This document shows, in pieces, positions 13,152-25,613 of a stretch of 64,000 nt of DNA. Source of the stretch: Eledone cirrhosa (taxonomy: Eukaryota); assembly GCA_964016885.1 (NCBI GenBank), contig OZ024753.1, forward strand, positions 42,346,001-42,410,000. Direction: 5' to 3'. A program made the position numbers and the translations under genes. Numbering within the stretch: the first letter of the stretch is position 1; the number at the start of each line of letters is the position of its first letter. Below the pieces are notes generated by a model. The model had not been told where the DNA came from, made no database searches, and saw only the letters and a program-made list of their open reading frames with translations.

Positions 13152-13266
13152 AAATTCTTGCAAGCTGCTGAAGAGGCAAAGAAGCTGAGTACAACTCCTT
13201 CAAATGAAGACATGTTGGAATTATATTCCCTCTACAAACAAGTGACAGTTGGTGATATTAACACAG
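13152..13266 (+). CDS. DBI: Acyl-CoA-binding protein, exon 2
   Basis: [38 protein letters not shown] (LYxLYKQ motif), with AG/GT boundaries. Confidence 0.95.
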
Positions 13267-14140
13267 GTGAGTATTATTGATAGTGAAGGTCTGGGGCTTA
13301 GTTTGATAGTGTGCTGGGCTATCAATTCCTGGTTTCGGTAGCATATTGTTTCCTTGAGCTTCATGTTACTTCAGTTCACTTGGTTGACATTGCTGGTGCC
13401 AAGTTGTATCGCCTTTTGCCTTTCCCTTGGACAACATCTGTGTTGCAGAGAGGGGAGACCTGTGTACATGGGGGACTGTTGATCTTCCACACACAAGACA
13501 AAAAAAAAAAAGCTTGCTTGCACCTTGGAGAAAAACTTTCTAGGGGCAAACCCATGGTTAGTCATGACTAAAAGGGGGAGGGGGATGGCAGTCATTATGG
13601 TGTATTAAAATACTTTGGTATTTGTTCCAGTTTTCTGTGCTCTGAGTTCAAATCCTACCAAGATTAACTTTTGTCTTTCATCTTATCATGGTTGATAAAT
13701 AAAATACCAGTTCGGTACTGGTGTTGATTCTTTGTCTATCTCTCTATGGAATAAATCGTCTGAAAGGAATGGACTCTGCCAAGTTTAACCCTTTAGCAGC
13801 CAAATTGATTGTATTGGGCCAGAATTCTCTGTACAAACTGGCCATAAGTAGCCACTCATATTGCTGTTAAGGTATTCTTCTCAAAATAAAAAAAATTGTG
13901 AGATAATTATGTATGGTAAAGCCTTTAACACAAAAATACAATAGAGTAATGTAAATATTAAAGGGTTAAGTCAAGACAGTTCACTCTGTGGCTCCATCAA
14001 GAGTTTAATTACACTAAAAACAAAAACAAATAAGTATTCCTGAAGGTGTATATCTTTTTATCTATTTATAATTTGGTTGAATAAATTTGCTTTCCTTAAT
14101 CCTCAAACTTATTTAACTTGAACATTTTTTTTATTTCTAG

Positions 14141-14203
14141 CCCAACCTGGAATGTTGGATATGAAAGGTAAAGCTAAATGGAATGCATGGAGTACCAAAA
14201 AAG
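14141..14203 (+). CDS. DBI: Acyl-CoA-binding protein, exon 3
   Basis: QPGMLDMKGKAKWNAWSTKK (KWxAW motif); phases are consistent. Confidence 0.95.
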
Positions 14204-15384
14204 GTAAATATTTTGTCTATTTGTGTTGGAGTTATCTTTGCGTTTGATGTAATCATAGTAGCTCGTTGTATTTATTGGTGGGTGGAATCTGAAACTAAAG
14301 TACTAATGTGTAGAAAAGAGAGGAAACTTAAACTGTCAGGGAAATAGCCTCAATTTGCTGCTGATGATGTTGTTAGAAATTGTCTAAGATGTAATTGAGA
14401 GGAACCTTTAGTTGTGTGAAAGACACAACAACCCCTCGTGTTGGTGATCTACACGAGAAACACACCCAGGACTGCTGTAAAGTAGTTGCTGTTAGGAAGA
14501 GCATTCAGTTATAGAAAGCGTGCCAAACAAATGGTTAGGAGGACCGTTCAGTTTGTGTCAAGAGACATGACAGCCTCTCTAGTGTTGGTGATATACATAA
14601 TAAAAGAACCCAGTACATGTGGCTGGTGATAGGGAGGGCATCCAGTCGTAGAAAGCTTGCCAAACAAAGGGTTGGGAGGACCCTCCAGATGTGTAAAAGA
14701 TATGACTTCTCTGCACTCGATATAACAGTATGATTGTACGTAAGTAGGATGAAAACCTCATCAGCCTGTCTGTGGGGGTCAGTAGCCTCACTACAGTACT
14801 GACTTGGTCTATGGAGACCCATCCAACTTTTGTTAACAGGGAAAGTGGACATTAAATGATGATGATGATGATGATGACACTGGAATCTATAGACATGTGA
14901 GATGTAGTGGGATTATAGGCAAACTAACAAGATTTGTGACCGGTAGATAGTATCAGCAATGGAAAGACCAAAGGAAACATTGTTTCATTAGTCTGATTTA
15001 ACAAGTTCCGCATGACTCGGTAAGTGAATGAGGTCTGGGATCTTGTCGATTGATTAAAAAAAAGAAAAGAAGCTCAACTGAGAAGGTGTTACGATAAAGT
15101 ACACGCAGTAGAATGCTAGAAGGTATGTGAGCAAGATGCCTTCCCCCTCATCTCACCTGAGAGGTCAGTCACTCAAACCTGGTCTTTGACAAGCTGTCAA
15201 CTCTTACTAGCAGGGAAAGTGGACGATGATGAAATGAGTGTTTTATTTAAATGCATCTCTAGACAACCCATCTGTTACTTTCCCATTCCAAATACTTTGT
15301 CTGTCTTTGTTTATGTCCCCATGAGAAAATATTAAAAAAGAAACTTACTAATATATATTTATCCCGCTCTGCTGAATTTCTCAG

Positions 15385-15446
15385 GAACATCAAAAGAAGA
15401 AGCCGAGAAATTGTATATTGCAAAAGTTGAAGCATTGAAAAAATAA
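15385..15446 (+). CDS. DBI: Acyl-CoA-binding protein, exon 4 (stop)
   Basis: GTSKEEAEKLYIAKVEALKK*; total protein 82 aa. Confidence 0.93.
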
Positions 15447-15999
15447 TGTAAGTCATTAAGTAACTGCTAGAGTTTCTATGTTTAACCTTTTAGCATTTAA
15501 ACCAGCCATATCTGATGTGTACAATTATTTTTTTTACACAAATATTTTGGAGTGATGGGCTGACCTCAGTTGTCTTCTAATAAATAAATGGACACATTTT
15601 TCCAGCTGAAAAACATTAAAGAACAAAGAGCTGACCTGAAAAATGATCGATGCTTGTTGGACAGTTTCAAGACCCAGTCTGCTTTAGAAATTAAAGTCTT
15701 TGTTCTAATACTGTAAATTTCCACAATGACCTGTCCACTAGTTTATATAGACTATAAACATTTGAATTAACAAACCTGTTTTTAGATATTTTCTGCCAAA
15801 TCATTACAGGATGTTAAGAGTTAATATATTTCTGTTTTTCTTTCAGTTCCCCAGTGAAATCATGCAGTAACTTCTCTTACATATGCCACCATTAACAACA
15901 CATTGCTAAATGTCAAGAAAATTAAAATAAATTTCTATCATTTTCTGTTCTCATTATTCAATTCCTTGTTTTGTTTGTGGTTTACTATGTTATTTCCAC

Positions 16000-16200
16000 A
16001 GTTCAATGAATGTGTAAGGTTAATGTGTGTGAACAAAAAAGCATGGATGAACTGAGGGAGAAACTGGGTATAAGAGGAATAAAATATAGTGAGCAAGTGA
16101 AGAGATAGTGTTGATATGGACATATGATGCACAAGGATGATGATCGCTGGGTAAAGAAGTGCAAATAATCCCAATTAAAGTGAAAGCTGATCATAGGTTG
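16000..16200 (+). mobile_element. RTE-like LINE 3' fragment
   Basis: Decayed translation ELREKLGI...YGHMMHKDDDRWVKKC, typical of the RTE ORF C-terminus. Confidence 0.55.
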
Positions 16201-17520
16201 CTAAAGACTGAGTGTTGTCTGTCACCGGTACAACCACCTTACAATGTGGACTAAATGATTTGAAGTATAATACCAAATGAGTCAACCCCAAACTTTAAAG
16301 TAAATATATTATCTACCTCTGTTGGTGAACAGTTGATGGCAATCTTCAGATACCTTAGGATACACGAAGAAGAAAGATATGAATAAAAAACAAAAATCAA
16401 GATTTTTATATTTAATGCAACAATTTTAAAGATTTGTTAACTTTAACGTTTTTTTTTTTTTTTTTTTTGTTTTCTGCCTCTCTATAATGGGAAATATCTA
16501 AATATTTATATTTCTAATGAAAGACACTGTCTATGTCATCAACCCTTTCATTACCATTCTACTGAAAAACACTATGATTTTCAAAGGATTTTGAAAATAA
16601 TTGTGGGTGAAAAACATTCAGAGAATTATTACCTCTGGTGGTAACAAAAGGACTTTCTCTCCAAGTGAAGGGCAGCATTGTAGCAAAACCTGCACATTGA
16701 ATATGGAAAATATGTGAAGGATAGGGGCAAAAAAATGAGGTGATAATTTTACATCCACTTTGTTGGCTTGGGTCATCAGACATGCTTGGATAGCTACATC
16801 TTGCCCATATGCTCCATAATTTCACATGGTTTTAATGGTTGGATGCCCTTCCTAATGTTGAGTTCATTTTATCATGTCACCAGCAACACCACCTTACAGT
16901 GTACTAGGTGTGTTTTATCATGTCACCAGCACTACTACTTTACAAGCTGTGCTGGGCACATTTCATTGTGACACTACAGATATAAAAAATAATCCTGATA
17001 TTACAATGATGGTCTAAGCCCGTGAAAACCTGTCCAACCCATGCCAATATGGAAACCAAATATAAAATGATAATGATGCTGTTATTTTACAAATGGATAC
17101 TATACTAGTTTGATGATAATTGTTTCTGATTTAGGTACAAGGCCAGAACTTTTGGTGGAGGAGGAACTCAATTAAAACAATCCCAGTGCATTACTGGTAT
17201 TGTATTTTATCGACTCCTGTAAGAATGAAAGGCAAAACTAACCTTGGCAGGATTTGAACTCAGAACGTAAAGAGACGTAACTCTATGCCACGAAGCATAT
17301 TGTCTGACGCTCTTCTGATACTGTCAACCCACCGCTCTAATAAGTGTTTCTACTTTTGGCACAAAGCCAGCAATTATCCCAATACATTACTGGTACTGAA
17401 TTCTATCAACTCCCGTAAGGCAAAGTTAACCTCGGCAGGATTTGAACTCACACCGTACCTCTATGCTACAAAGCATGGTGTCCAATCCTCTACCGATACT
17501 GACTGCTCTAATAACAATAA

Positions 17521-17746
17521 TTAGTTCTCGTCTTCACAAATATCAACTTGTTTAAAAAGCAAGTTTAACTTCTCTTCTAAGCTCGTCTTCTCTGCTTCCT
17601 TTTCAGCCAATGTTATGCTCAATAAATTATAACTTGCAGGCAATTTCTCGTAGACGGACAGTTTTGACTGGATGGTGGTGGTTAATTTCTGCAATTTGGA
17701 TGCTTCTTGGGAAAGTTTCTTTAAATATCCGTGGTAGAGCTGGGAC
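17521..17746 (-). CDS. HAUS1: HAUS augmin-like complex subunit 1, exon 2
   Basis: SQLYHGYLKKLSQEASKLQKLTTTIQSKLSVYEKLPASYNLLSITLAEKEAEKTSLEEKL...EDEN* matches the HAUS1 C-terminus (human LSHQSLVALSE...KKLESYLDLMP). Acceptor ttccag; phase 2 fits exon 1. Confidence 0.85.
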
Positions 17747-18406
17747 CTGGAAGATAGATGGGTGGAATAACATTAGGAAGATAAAAACCATTTATAGGGA
17801 TAATGGATTTTGGGAGGAAGATTAACCCCCCCCCCCCCCTCCGTAAGGATGGAATGGTTTCTGATTTAGGCACTGGGCCAACAATTCTGGGGGGGGGGGG
17901 AGAAAGTCAATTAAATCGACCCCCAGTGCATTACTGGTACCTTATTTTATCAACCCCCCCCGTAAGGACAAAAGGCAAAGGTAGCCTTGGCGATATTTGA
18001 ACTCAGAATGTAAAGGGACATAACTCTATTCCACAAAGCATGTTGTCCGACGCTCTACCGACACAGCCACTAATTATTTATAGAGATAATGAATATATAT
18101 TTCCTAGGGATTCTTTGATTGATTTCAAAATAAGGAATTTAAAATGTCATGCTTGGTTCTTGTTAGATTTAGCGTGAGGGATCCCTCAACAACTCATGTG
18201 TGTATCGCTTGATATGTGACACTTCTTGTGGTGCATGGTATTGCTGGCCATAGGCAAGTCCCTAGCTGGACGAGAAAGCCACGTCTGTGATGCTCATACT
18301 TAAATATCAAGCGATGGCATTACTCGAAATCGAGTTGCAACAATCATATAAATATATATATTTACCATGACTGAATCTTAACCATCTACCATGTCATGCA
18401 TCATCT

Positions 18407-18473
18407 TATTTTATCTGATGAGGACGTACTGTTGAACTTAACTCAGTACCTCTGAAATATGTATAATAAAATA
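18407..18473 (+). ncRNA. Type I minimal hammerhead ribozyme motif
   Basis: tattttat-CTGATGA(18415)-ggacgtactg..cagtacctct-GAAA(18454)-TATGTA-TA^-ataaaata. Confidence 0.78.
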
Positions 18474-18705
18474 TACTTGATCACAAGAATATCTATTTTG
18501 AATTAATATATATATATACACATATATGTGTGTATTGTAGGTGATTCAGTGAATTACTGGTGTTGCTACCAAAACAAACACTCTACACACAGGTAGTGTA
18601 TATACAGGACCAATGTTTATATATACACACATGTATATATATCGGGTAATGACTGAAAGAATGCGATCGCAAATACAAGCGGTTTTAAGCTAACTGTGAA
18701 TAAAA

Positions 18706-19522
18706 TCGGAATAGGCTATGTAGCCGGGCCCGGTAAAATAGATTTCCAGGCTATGTAGCCGGTATGAGTGTCAGACATCAAGAGTTGCAACCCGAGTTAA
18801 GACAATTTGAAATCTTTTCCACCATCAATTGTTAAAAAAACAAGTTAAAATCATTTAGTTGTCCATTGGTAACATATGTTACACTACATATACAGGTAAA
18901 TATATAGATAGAGACAAGAGAGGTGTAAACCTACATATACACACATCTACAGGTAAATATATAGACAGATAGAGACAAGAGGTGTAAACCTACATATACA
19001 CACATCTACAGGTAAATATATAGACAAGAGAGGTGTAAACCTTCATATACACACATCTACAGGTAAATATATAGACAAGAGAGGTGTAAACCTACATCTA
19101 CAGGTAAATATATAGAGACAAGAGAGGTGTAAACCTACCTATACACACATCTACAGGTAAATATATAGAGACAAGAGAGGTGTAAACCTACATATACACA
19201 CATCTACAGGTAAATATATAGAGACAAGAGAGGTGTAAACATACATATACACACATCTACAGGTAAATATATAGAGACAAGAGAGGTGTAAATCTACATA
19301 TACACACATCTACAGGTAAATATATAGACAAGAGAGGTGTAAACCTACATATACACACATCTACAGGTAAATATATAGAGACAAGAGAGGTGTAAACCTA
19401 CATATACACACATCTACAGGTAAATATATAGACAGATACAAACGACAGCAGAGGCTGGCGAAACTCTATAGCGGTGTGTGTTGCGTCCCTTTAGGGTTTA
19501 CCGGCTACATAGCCTATTCGAT
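18706..19522. mobile_element. TIR-bounded non-autonomous DNA element with an internal 53-bp minisatellite
   Basis: TIRs gaataggctatgtagccgg / ccggctacatagcctattc; about 11 copies of ctacaggtaaatatatagagacaagagaggtgtaaacctacatatacacacat at about 18890..19437. Confidence 0.7.
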
Positions 19523-19764
19523 CAAATTTCTCTTAAATATAATAATTGTTTCTACTTTTGGCACAAGGCCAGCAATTACCCAGTACATTACTGGTATTTT
19601 ATTTTATCGACCCCGTAAGGATGAAAGGCAAAGTTAACCTTGGGGGGATAATAATAATATAACTGGTAAACTGGGGTGACTTCCTCTATTATTTGTAATG
19701 TTATTTATGATTTATAACTGTAAATAAAATATAAAATATATTAGAAAGAAGAAATGATTCCTAC

Positions 19765-20384
19765 TTTACACCGAGTCGAGACAATTTCTTATTTTCTTGG
19801 TTGAAACGATTTTTATATGAACTGTTTTTTGACGAAAAATATTTATACATTTTCATCTCTTCTTCTGATTTAGAAGATGCTATGGTTTTAGATAAATATT
19901 CATTTGTTTGTATAAGTTGTTTGTGGTCAGTTTGTCCGTTGTTGGAGGAATTCAAGTCATAAAGCTCCAGCTTGGTCGCGATTCTCTCATTCTTCAGTTC
20001 TGACAGTTTCTCTTGTAAATACATTAATGCCAACATATAACAACTATCACTGAAATTATCGTTACTTTGATTTAAAAACAACTTCTGGGCAAGTGTGGTC
20101 AATATTTTCAGACTATTAAAGCCAGATGTGGTCAACAAAGCTGGAATAATATCCAGATATTCTGTCGCTATTTTATAATAATTCCTTTCATGTTGGTACT
20201 CGTTTATTTTATCTTGAAGATCGGACAACATTAAGGCATCGCTTTTCTTTGAAACTTTGTTTATACACATTAATTGTTTCAGTATAGTCAAACTTCGATC
20301 ATTGGCTTCATATAAATAATCCCCTTTTCCTAATATTTCCTCAAGCCACGCTTCTATTTCGACAGAATCGTCCGTAGGAGACAT
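19765..20384 (-). CDS. HAUS1: HAUS augmin-like complex subunit 1, exon 1
   Basis: MSPTDDSVEIEAWLEEILG..YEANDRSLTIL..DLQDKINEY resembles HAUS1 (human VAAWLKKIFG..YEVNPRTTEIL..DLKQKASEY). Donor AA|GTAGGA at 19764; the spliced protein is 281 aa. Confidence 0.85.
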
Positions 20385-20429
20385 AATTGTTTCAATGAAA
20401 CCTTTTAAGTTTATTTCTATAACGAATAT

Positions 20430-20460
20430 TTTAAATAGCGCGCCGTCCTCAGTGCGCATG
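20430..20460 (-). promoter_or_regulatory. HAUS1 proximal promoter: NRF1-like and CDE/CHR-like motifs
   Basis: Minus strand CATGCGCA..GGCGCGCTA-TTTAAA, 45-75 nt upstream of the ATG; local CpG enrichment. Confidence 0.45.
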
Positions 20461-21892
20461 ACAGAAATAGGGACGTTAAAAGTAAATACTACCACTGGAT
20501 CTCCGTTGGTGTCTACGAGTGAGTGTTCCTCCAGTTGTTTTTTTTATCAACAACGGAAAATGCCAGCTAGTGAAATTAACGCATAGGTGGCCGAGCATTC
20601 TACAGATATGTGTACATGTAAAGTAATTCTCGGACAGATTCAGCAAGACACAGTATGTGACAACGATAGCATATAGTGTCTTGTTCAAGGATATTCGTTG
20701 TAAACACACACACATTATATAAATATAAATGTAAGTATGCACACGTACATTTATGTATCAGCTGTGTAGGGCGTGAAATAAAATTCTAATATATATATAC
20801 GGTGGTAGAAATCCGTAGATGAAAGATCAAGGAAAACAGTGCTTGATCTGCTGCAAGAGCTTATTTAGTGGAAACAAAGTTTCATACACTTAACATGTAT
20901 GTGTTACCAATGGTTTTGGCCATCACTGTATAATGGAGGAGGCGCTTTTAAACTGGCCCTTCATGCAGGTCCATAACGACCCCCAAACCATTGGTAGCAC
21001 ATTCATGTTAAGTATATGAAACTTTGTATACACACTCTGTCTCTCTCTCTCTATATATATACATATATAATAAAGAAATCTATCTATCTATAAAGAAATC
21101 TATATATATACATATATAAAGCAGGTGGAATTTCGGAATAATTTCACTCCTTCGGCTGCTATTTCTAGTTTAAAAATGTATTTAGGTAAATTTTATTATT
21201 ACACCCGTCACCGAAACTGGTGTAATAAATATTTACCTATATTTCTTCTGTAAATCAATGTTACACTTGTAGTTAACTACATATTGTTCGCTCTTTTCGC
21301 GACAAAGTACTAGATTGGTGACTGGCACGAATAAAACCACTGAAACTGACATAAATCACTCTACAGATAAACAAGAAAAAAAAAAAAAAAAAAAAAATCA
21401 ACGCTCGCACAGGACTAGTACTTTATCAATCTCAAAAGGATGAAAGGCAAAGTTGACTTGGGCAGGATTTGAACTCAGCGTGCAATGAGTTGAAACAAAT
21501 ACTACAAACCATCTTATTTGATGTTCCAACAATTCTGCCAATTTACCACCTAAGTTGATGAAAAATCAAAATGAAAGTTATAGCTTTCACATATGCAGGT
21601 TTAGCTGGCTGTGTATGAGGTTGTATCTCATAGGAAGTTTCTCGGGTATTTTAATAAGGCCCCCAATCCTACCAGAAAAATCATGTGAAATATGAGATGA
21701 AGCATTTTGATCAAGAATACAATTAGCTGCATCGTCCAGGAATCGAACCCAGTCTTATGATTATCAGTCCAACACCCTAACCACTAAGCCATGCACCTTT
21801 ATTAGGCCTACTTTCAATTAACTGGCTGACATGAAGTACATTTAGAATAAAGCCTGAATTTGCAAACATATCCAAGCTATGTATAATTTTTT

Positions 21893-21929
<37 letters not shown>

Positions 21930-22082
21930 AGAAAAAAAAAAAAATCACATCTTTTATTTGTTAGATTATTAAATTATGAGATTGATTTAACTTTTTTTTT
22001 TTTTTTATTGATATTTAATCTAAGAAAAATATTTTATTAGACATTTAAAAAAAAAAAAAAAAAAAAATCACTATAAAAGAAT

Positions 22083-22117
<35 letters not shown>

Positions 22118-22425
22118 TATTATATATATGGCGGAGTTTCCTGTCGAAAATGACATGCGAGTGTTGAATGGAAGATAAAGCAAAAGCAGATCCCAGGCAA
22201 GAACCGGTTAGTGGATTTCAGCGAAGAAAATCATCTCCCAATGTTATTCCATTTGGTGAGCACACACGTGTAATTTCAGGCCTGTAGCATTTTCAAAGTT
22301 TTCCAAATTTTCAGGAAAGATGTGAGTCCTGAGCTGACTCTTAAACCCAGCATTTGACCTTGCTGAAAAGTTGCAATGAAGACATTGATAGTTTGCAGGA
22401 ACAGAGTTATATATGTATATATATG

Positions 22426-22490
<65 letters not shown>

Positions 22491-23977
22491 AACGAAAGGA
22501 GCTGTGTGGTTATTGTAAACACAGTTTAAGATGGTAGAATGGACGAAACAAGAGAAGAAAAGAAATCCTTCATCAGCTGTAACACCGAGATCAAGATGTT
22601 TCGGTACTTAATACAGGATATCTGAAAGTGATCAGCAGCGCGCCCAAGGCCTTTTATCGATCAAAAGGCCAGGAGAGAAAGAAAAGAAAAAAGAAAAAAA
22701 AGAGGAAAAGTAGTGAGGAGAGAAGAAAGAGAAAAACAGGTAAACAGACCAAATGGTGGGGGACACACAGGACAATGGAACATGCAAGTGTATATATATA
22801 TATACATACATTTATAGTTTATGTATAAAACCAAAGAAATAAGGCATTTATAAACTGACAATTGTTTCAACACAGCGAATTTTGTTAAATAATTCATGAC
22901 TAGTAAGTTTATAAATGCCTTAATTCTTTGGTTTTATATATAAATTATCAGCTTTGCATGACCCTTTGAGCTAAAAAACACCCTGTATATGAGTATACTT
23001 ACACCCATTAATTATATTATTAGTATTATTATATATATATATATACATATATACACACAGTTTTCCTGAATTGAAGTGAATGAAGAGGTTTTGTTAACAC
23101 ATATAAGTTGAACATGAAAGGGAAGGGATTAATCTTGAGATCATAACAAGGAAACAATGTTTCCATTAATGACACTGCAACTCTTGGCAGGAGTGACGTT
23201 GTGAAATAAAGTATTTAACTCAACAACACACTGCCTGGTTCAGGAATTGTAACCATGAACTTATAATTGGGAGTCCAACACCCCTAACCACTAGGCTACG
23301 TGCTGCACCCCCAAAATATTAAAAATTAAAGAAGTGTGATGAAAGAGTGATGTTTAATTGTTTACCAAACCTCTTCAATTTCAAAGAACAACAACAACAA
23401 CAATAATAAAATAAAGGCTATGATACAAATGAAATTTTTTTCATTAGAGAAATAAAATTTTGATTCCATTTTTCTATCACAGTTTTCTGCAAACAAAGTT
23501 TTTGGTAAGTTCTTTAAGAACACTGTATTGAAACATTTCAATAAAGATCATGTTATGTGCACAGCAATTCTTTTTATTATAAAAAGAAATGTTATATATA
23601 TATACATACATACATATACACACATATATATATACACATACATATACATACACACACACATATATATACATATACATACACACACATATATATATATATA
23701 AAAAAGAAATGATATATATATATAAATACATACACACACACACACATATATATATATATACACACACATGCATATACATATATACACACATATATGCATA
23801 CATATACATACACATGTATATTCATATATACACACACCTATATATACACATGTATATTCATATATACACACACCTATATATATATACATACACTCACACA
23901 TACATACATATATATACACACACATATATATATATATATAATAACATTGATGGTAAGAGTCCTATATTGCAATTATA

Positions 23978-24192
23978 TCAACATAAGGAATGAACTTCAT
24001 TTGTTCGAACTTGGAACTTCCGATTACACTTTGTCTCACATTCTGTCATTGATAATTCAAATTTTTCCAAATGTTGGATCAAGCGCCTCTTTTTAAACCG
24101 AGCTGCTTCTCCTACCAGATCTTTGATAAATTTTACTTTCATATTCAATGTTCCTTTCATAGAGTTCAAATACTGGAAAAATTTATCATAAT
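23978..24192 (-). CDS. INTS6: Integrator complex subunit 6, exon 19 (last)
   Basis: YDKFFQYLNSMKG...EAARFKKRRLIQHLE; INTS6 C-terminal domain, TGA stop. Confidence 0.93.
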
Positions 24193-24286
24193 CTGCAAAA
24201 TAACAAAACAAAAATAATTAAACACATAAAAAGAGATATATATATATATATATATAAGAACAAAAGATGGTTAAAAGAGTTCCATG

Positions 24287-24353
24287 TATTTTATTATGCG
24301 CATTTCAAAGACAAATATCATCATGCAATAATATTTGTTTTCATCAGATAAAT
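24287..24353 (-). ncRNA. Type I minimal hammerhead motif, sense to the INTS6 pre-mRNA
   Basis: Minus strand tttat-CTGATGA-stem II-GAAA-TGCGCA-TA^-ataaa; same family as 5554. Confidence 0.7.
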
Positions 24354-24414
24354 ATATTGATTTAAAAATGAACTATCCACAAGTGTTTTTTAACCTTCAT
24401 ATCATGTCTTCATG

Positions 24415-24481
24415 TTTTATCTGATGAAAACACAAATATTATTGCATGATGATATTTGTTTTTGAAATGCGCATAATAAAA
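24415..24481 (+). ncRNA. Type I minimal hammerhead motif
   Basis: ttttat-CTGATGA(24421)-aaacacaaatat..atatttgttttt-GAAA(24464)-TGCGCA-TA^-ataaaa. Confidence 0.78.
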
Positions 24482-24631
24482 TACATGGAACTCTTTTAAC
24501 CATCTTTTGTTCTTATATATTATGTATACTCCAGTCCTACAAACTGTAGAGTGCTTATTATCCGATATCTGCATTGCTTTATTGTACTACAATAAAACTC
24601 ACCTCCTACATATATATATATATATATAGTA

Positions 24632-24950
24632 ATCATTATCATTTTACGTCCGCTTTTTCCCTGCTTGCAAGGGTGGGACGGGAACTGATTCTGGCTTGAT
24701 TTCTACAGCTGGATGCCCTTCCTAACACCAAGCTCATTTACAGTGAGTGCTGGGTGCTTTTTTGCCGTGGCACCTCCACGACCACTTTACAGTGGATTGA
24801 TAGGGACCCCAGTCCCCATCATCTCATTTCTACAGCTGAGTAAACTGGAGCAATGTGAAATAAAGTGTCTTGCTCAAGGAAACAACATATCACCCGGTCT
24901 GAGAATTGAACTCACAACCTTTTGATTGCAAGGCCAATGCTCTAACCACT
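24632..24950 (-). mobile_element. tRNA-derived SINE (family B)
   Basis: Reverse complement is nearly identical to 2292..2619. Confidence 0.8.
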
Positions 24951-25188
24951 ATTTATACTTATAATTATAAATAAGGAGGGTAGTACTAAGCATTAGCTAA
25001 TTACCAGTAACTCCTGCTTTCCAATATGATGTAACTGACACTGTCAATAGTTATGCATCTTTATCAATGTTCTGAAGACTAGGATTATAATTACTTGTTT
25101 AAACATTGTGTATGCTCAGATGATTCCAGACATTCTTCTGGAAGAAACAATTGTCAGCAATTAAATGTATTAAACTAAAATTTGATTG

Positions 25189-25241
<53 letters not shown>

Positions 25242-25613
25242 TTTGTAGCATAATCTAACTCTAAACTGTTTAGCATTTAAACGGCTCATATCCGGCATTC
25301 TCTCTCCTCTTTCTGTTCACACTAGCTGTAACTGGCCGCTCATACTGATGTTAAGGTATTGTTCACAAAATAAATAATATCAAAATCTCAGATTCGATAT
25401 TATGTGAGGTAAAGCCTTCACCACAAAATTATAATAGTATATATATATAGAGCAGGGGTATTTGATGTTGCTCTTTCTGCCAGGAGTATCAGCAACGGAA
25501 AGACCAATGGAAACATTGTTTCCTTGGTCCGATTTGATGAGTTCTACTTTACTCTGTAAGCGAATGAGGTGTGGGATCTTGTCGATTGACTTCCTGAAAG
25601 CAATTATACTTAC

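Noticed and set aside
19761-20495. 244-aa single-exon ORF taken as the full gene
   Set aside because: The ORF track starts at a non-ATG codon inside the promoter. Homology begins at ATG 20384 and continues in exon 2 after splicing.
22576-22642. Minus-strand hammerhead-like gctg-CTGATCA...cGAAACATC..GGTGTTAcagc
   Set aside because: G8 is lost, stem II does not pair and the cleavage-site register is off by one; at most a dead relic.
23477-24096. Tyr/Ile/Cys/Val/His/Thr dipeptide ORFs here and at 45.3, 50.7, 52.5, 53.5-54.7 and 58.2 kb
   Set aside because: Artefacts of (TA)n/(CA)n repeats.
25462-25595. Coding-looking stretch after INTS6 exon 18
   Set aside because: A diverged copy occurs at about 14945..15055, so it is a dispersed repeat, and the INTS6 frame is complete without it.
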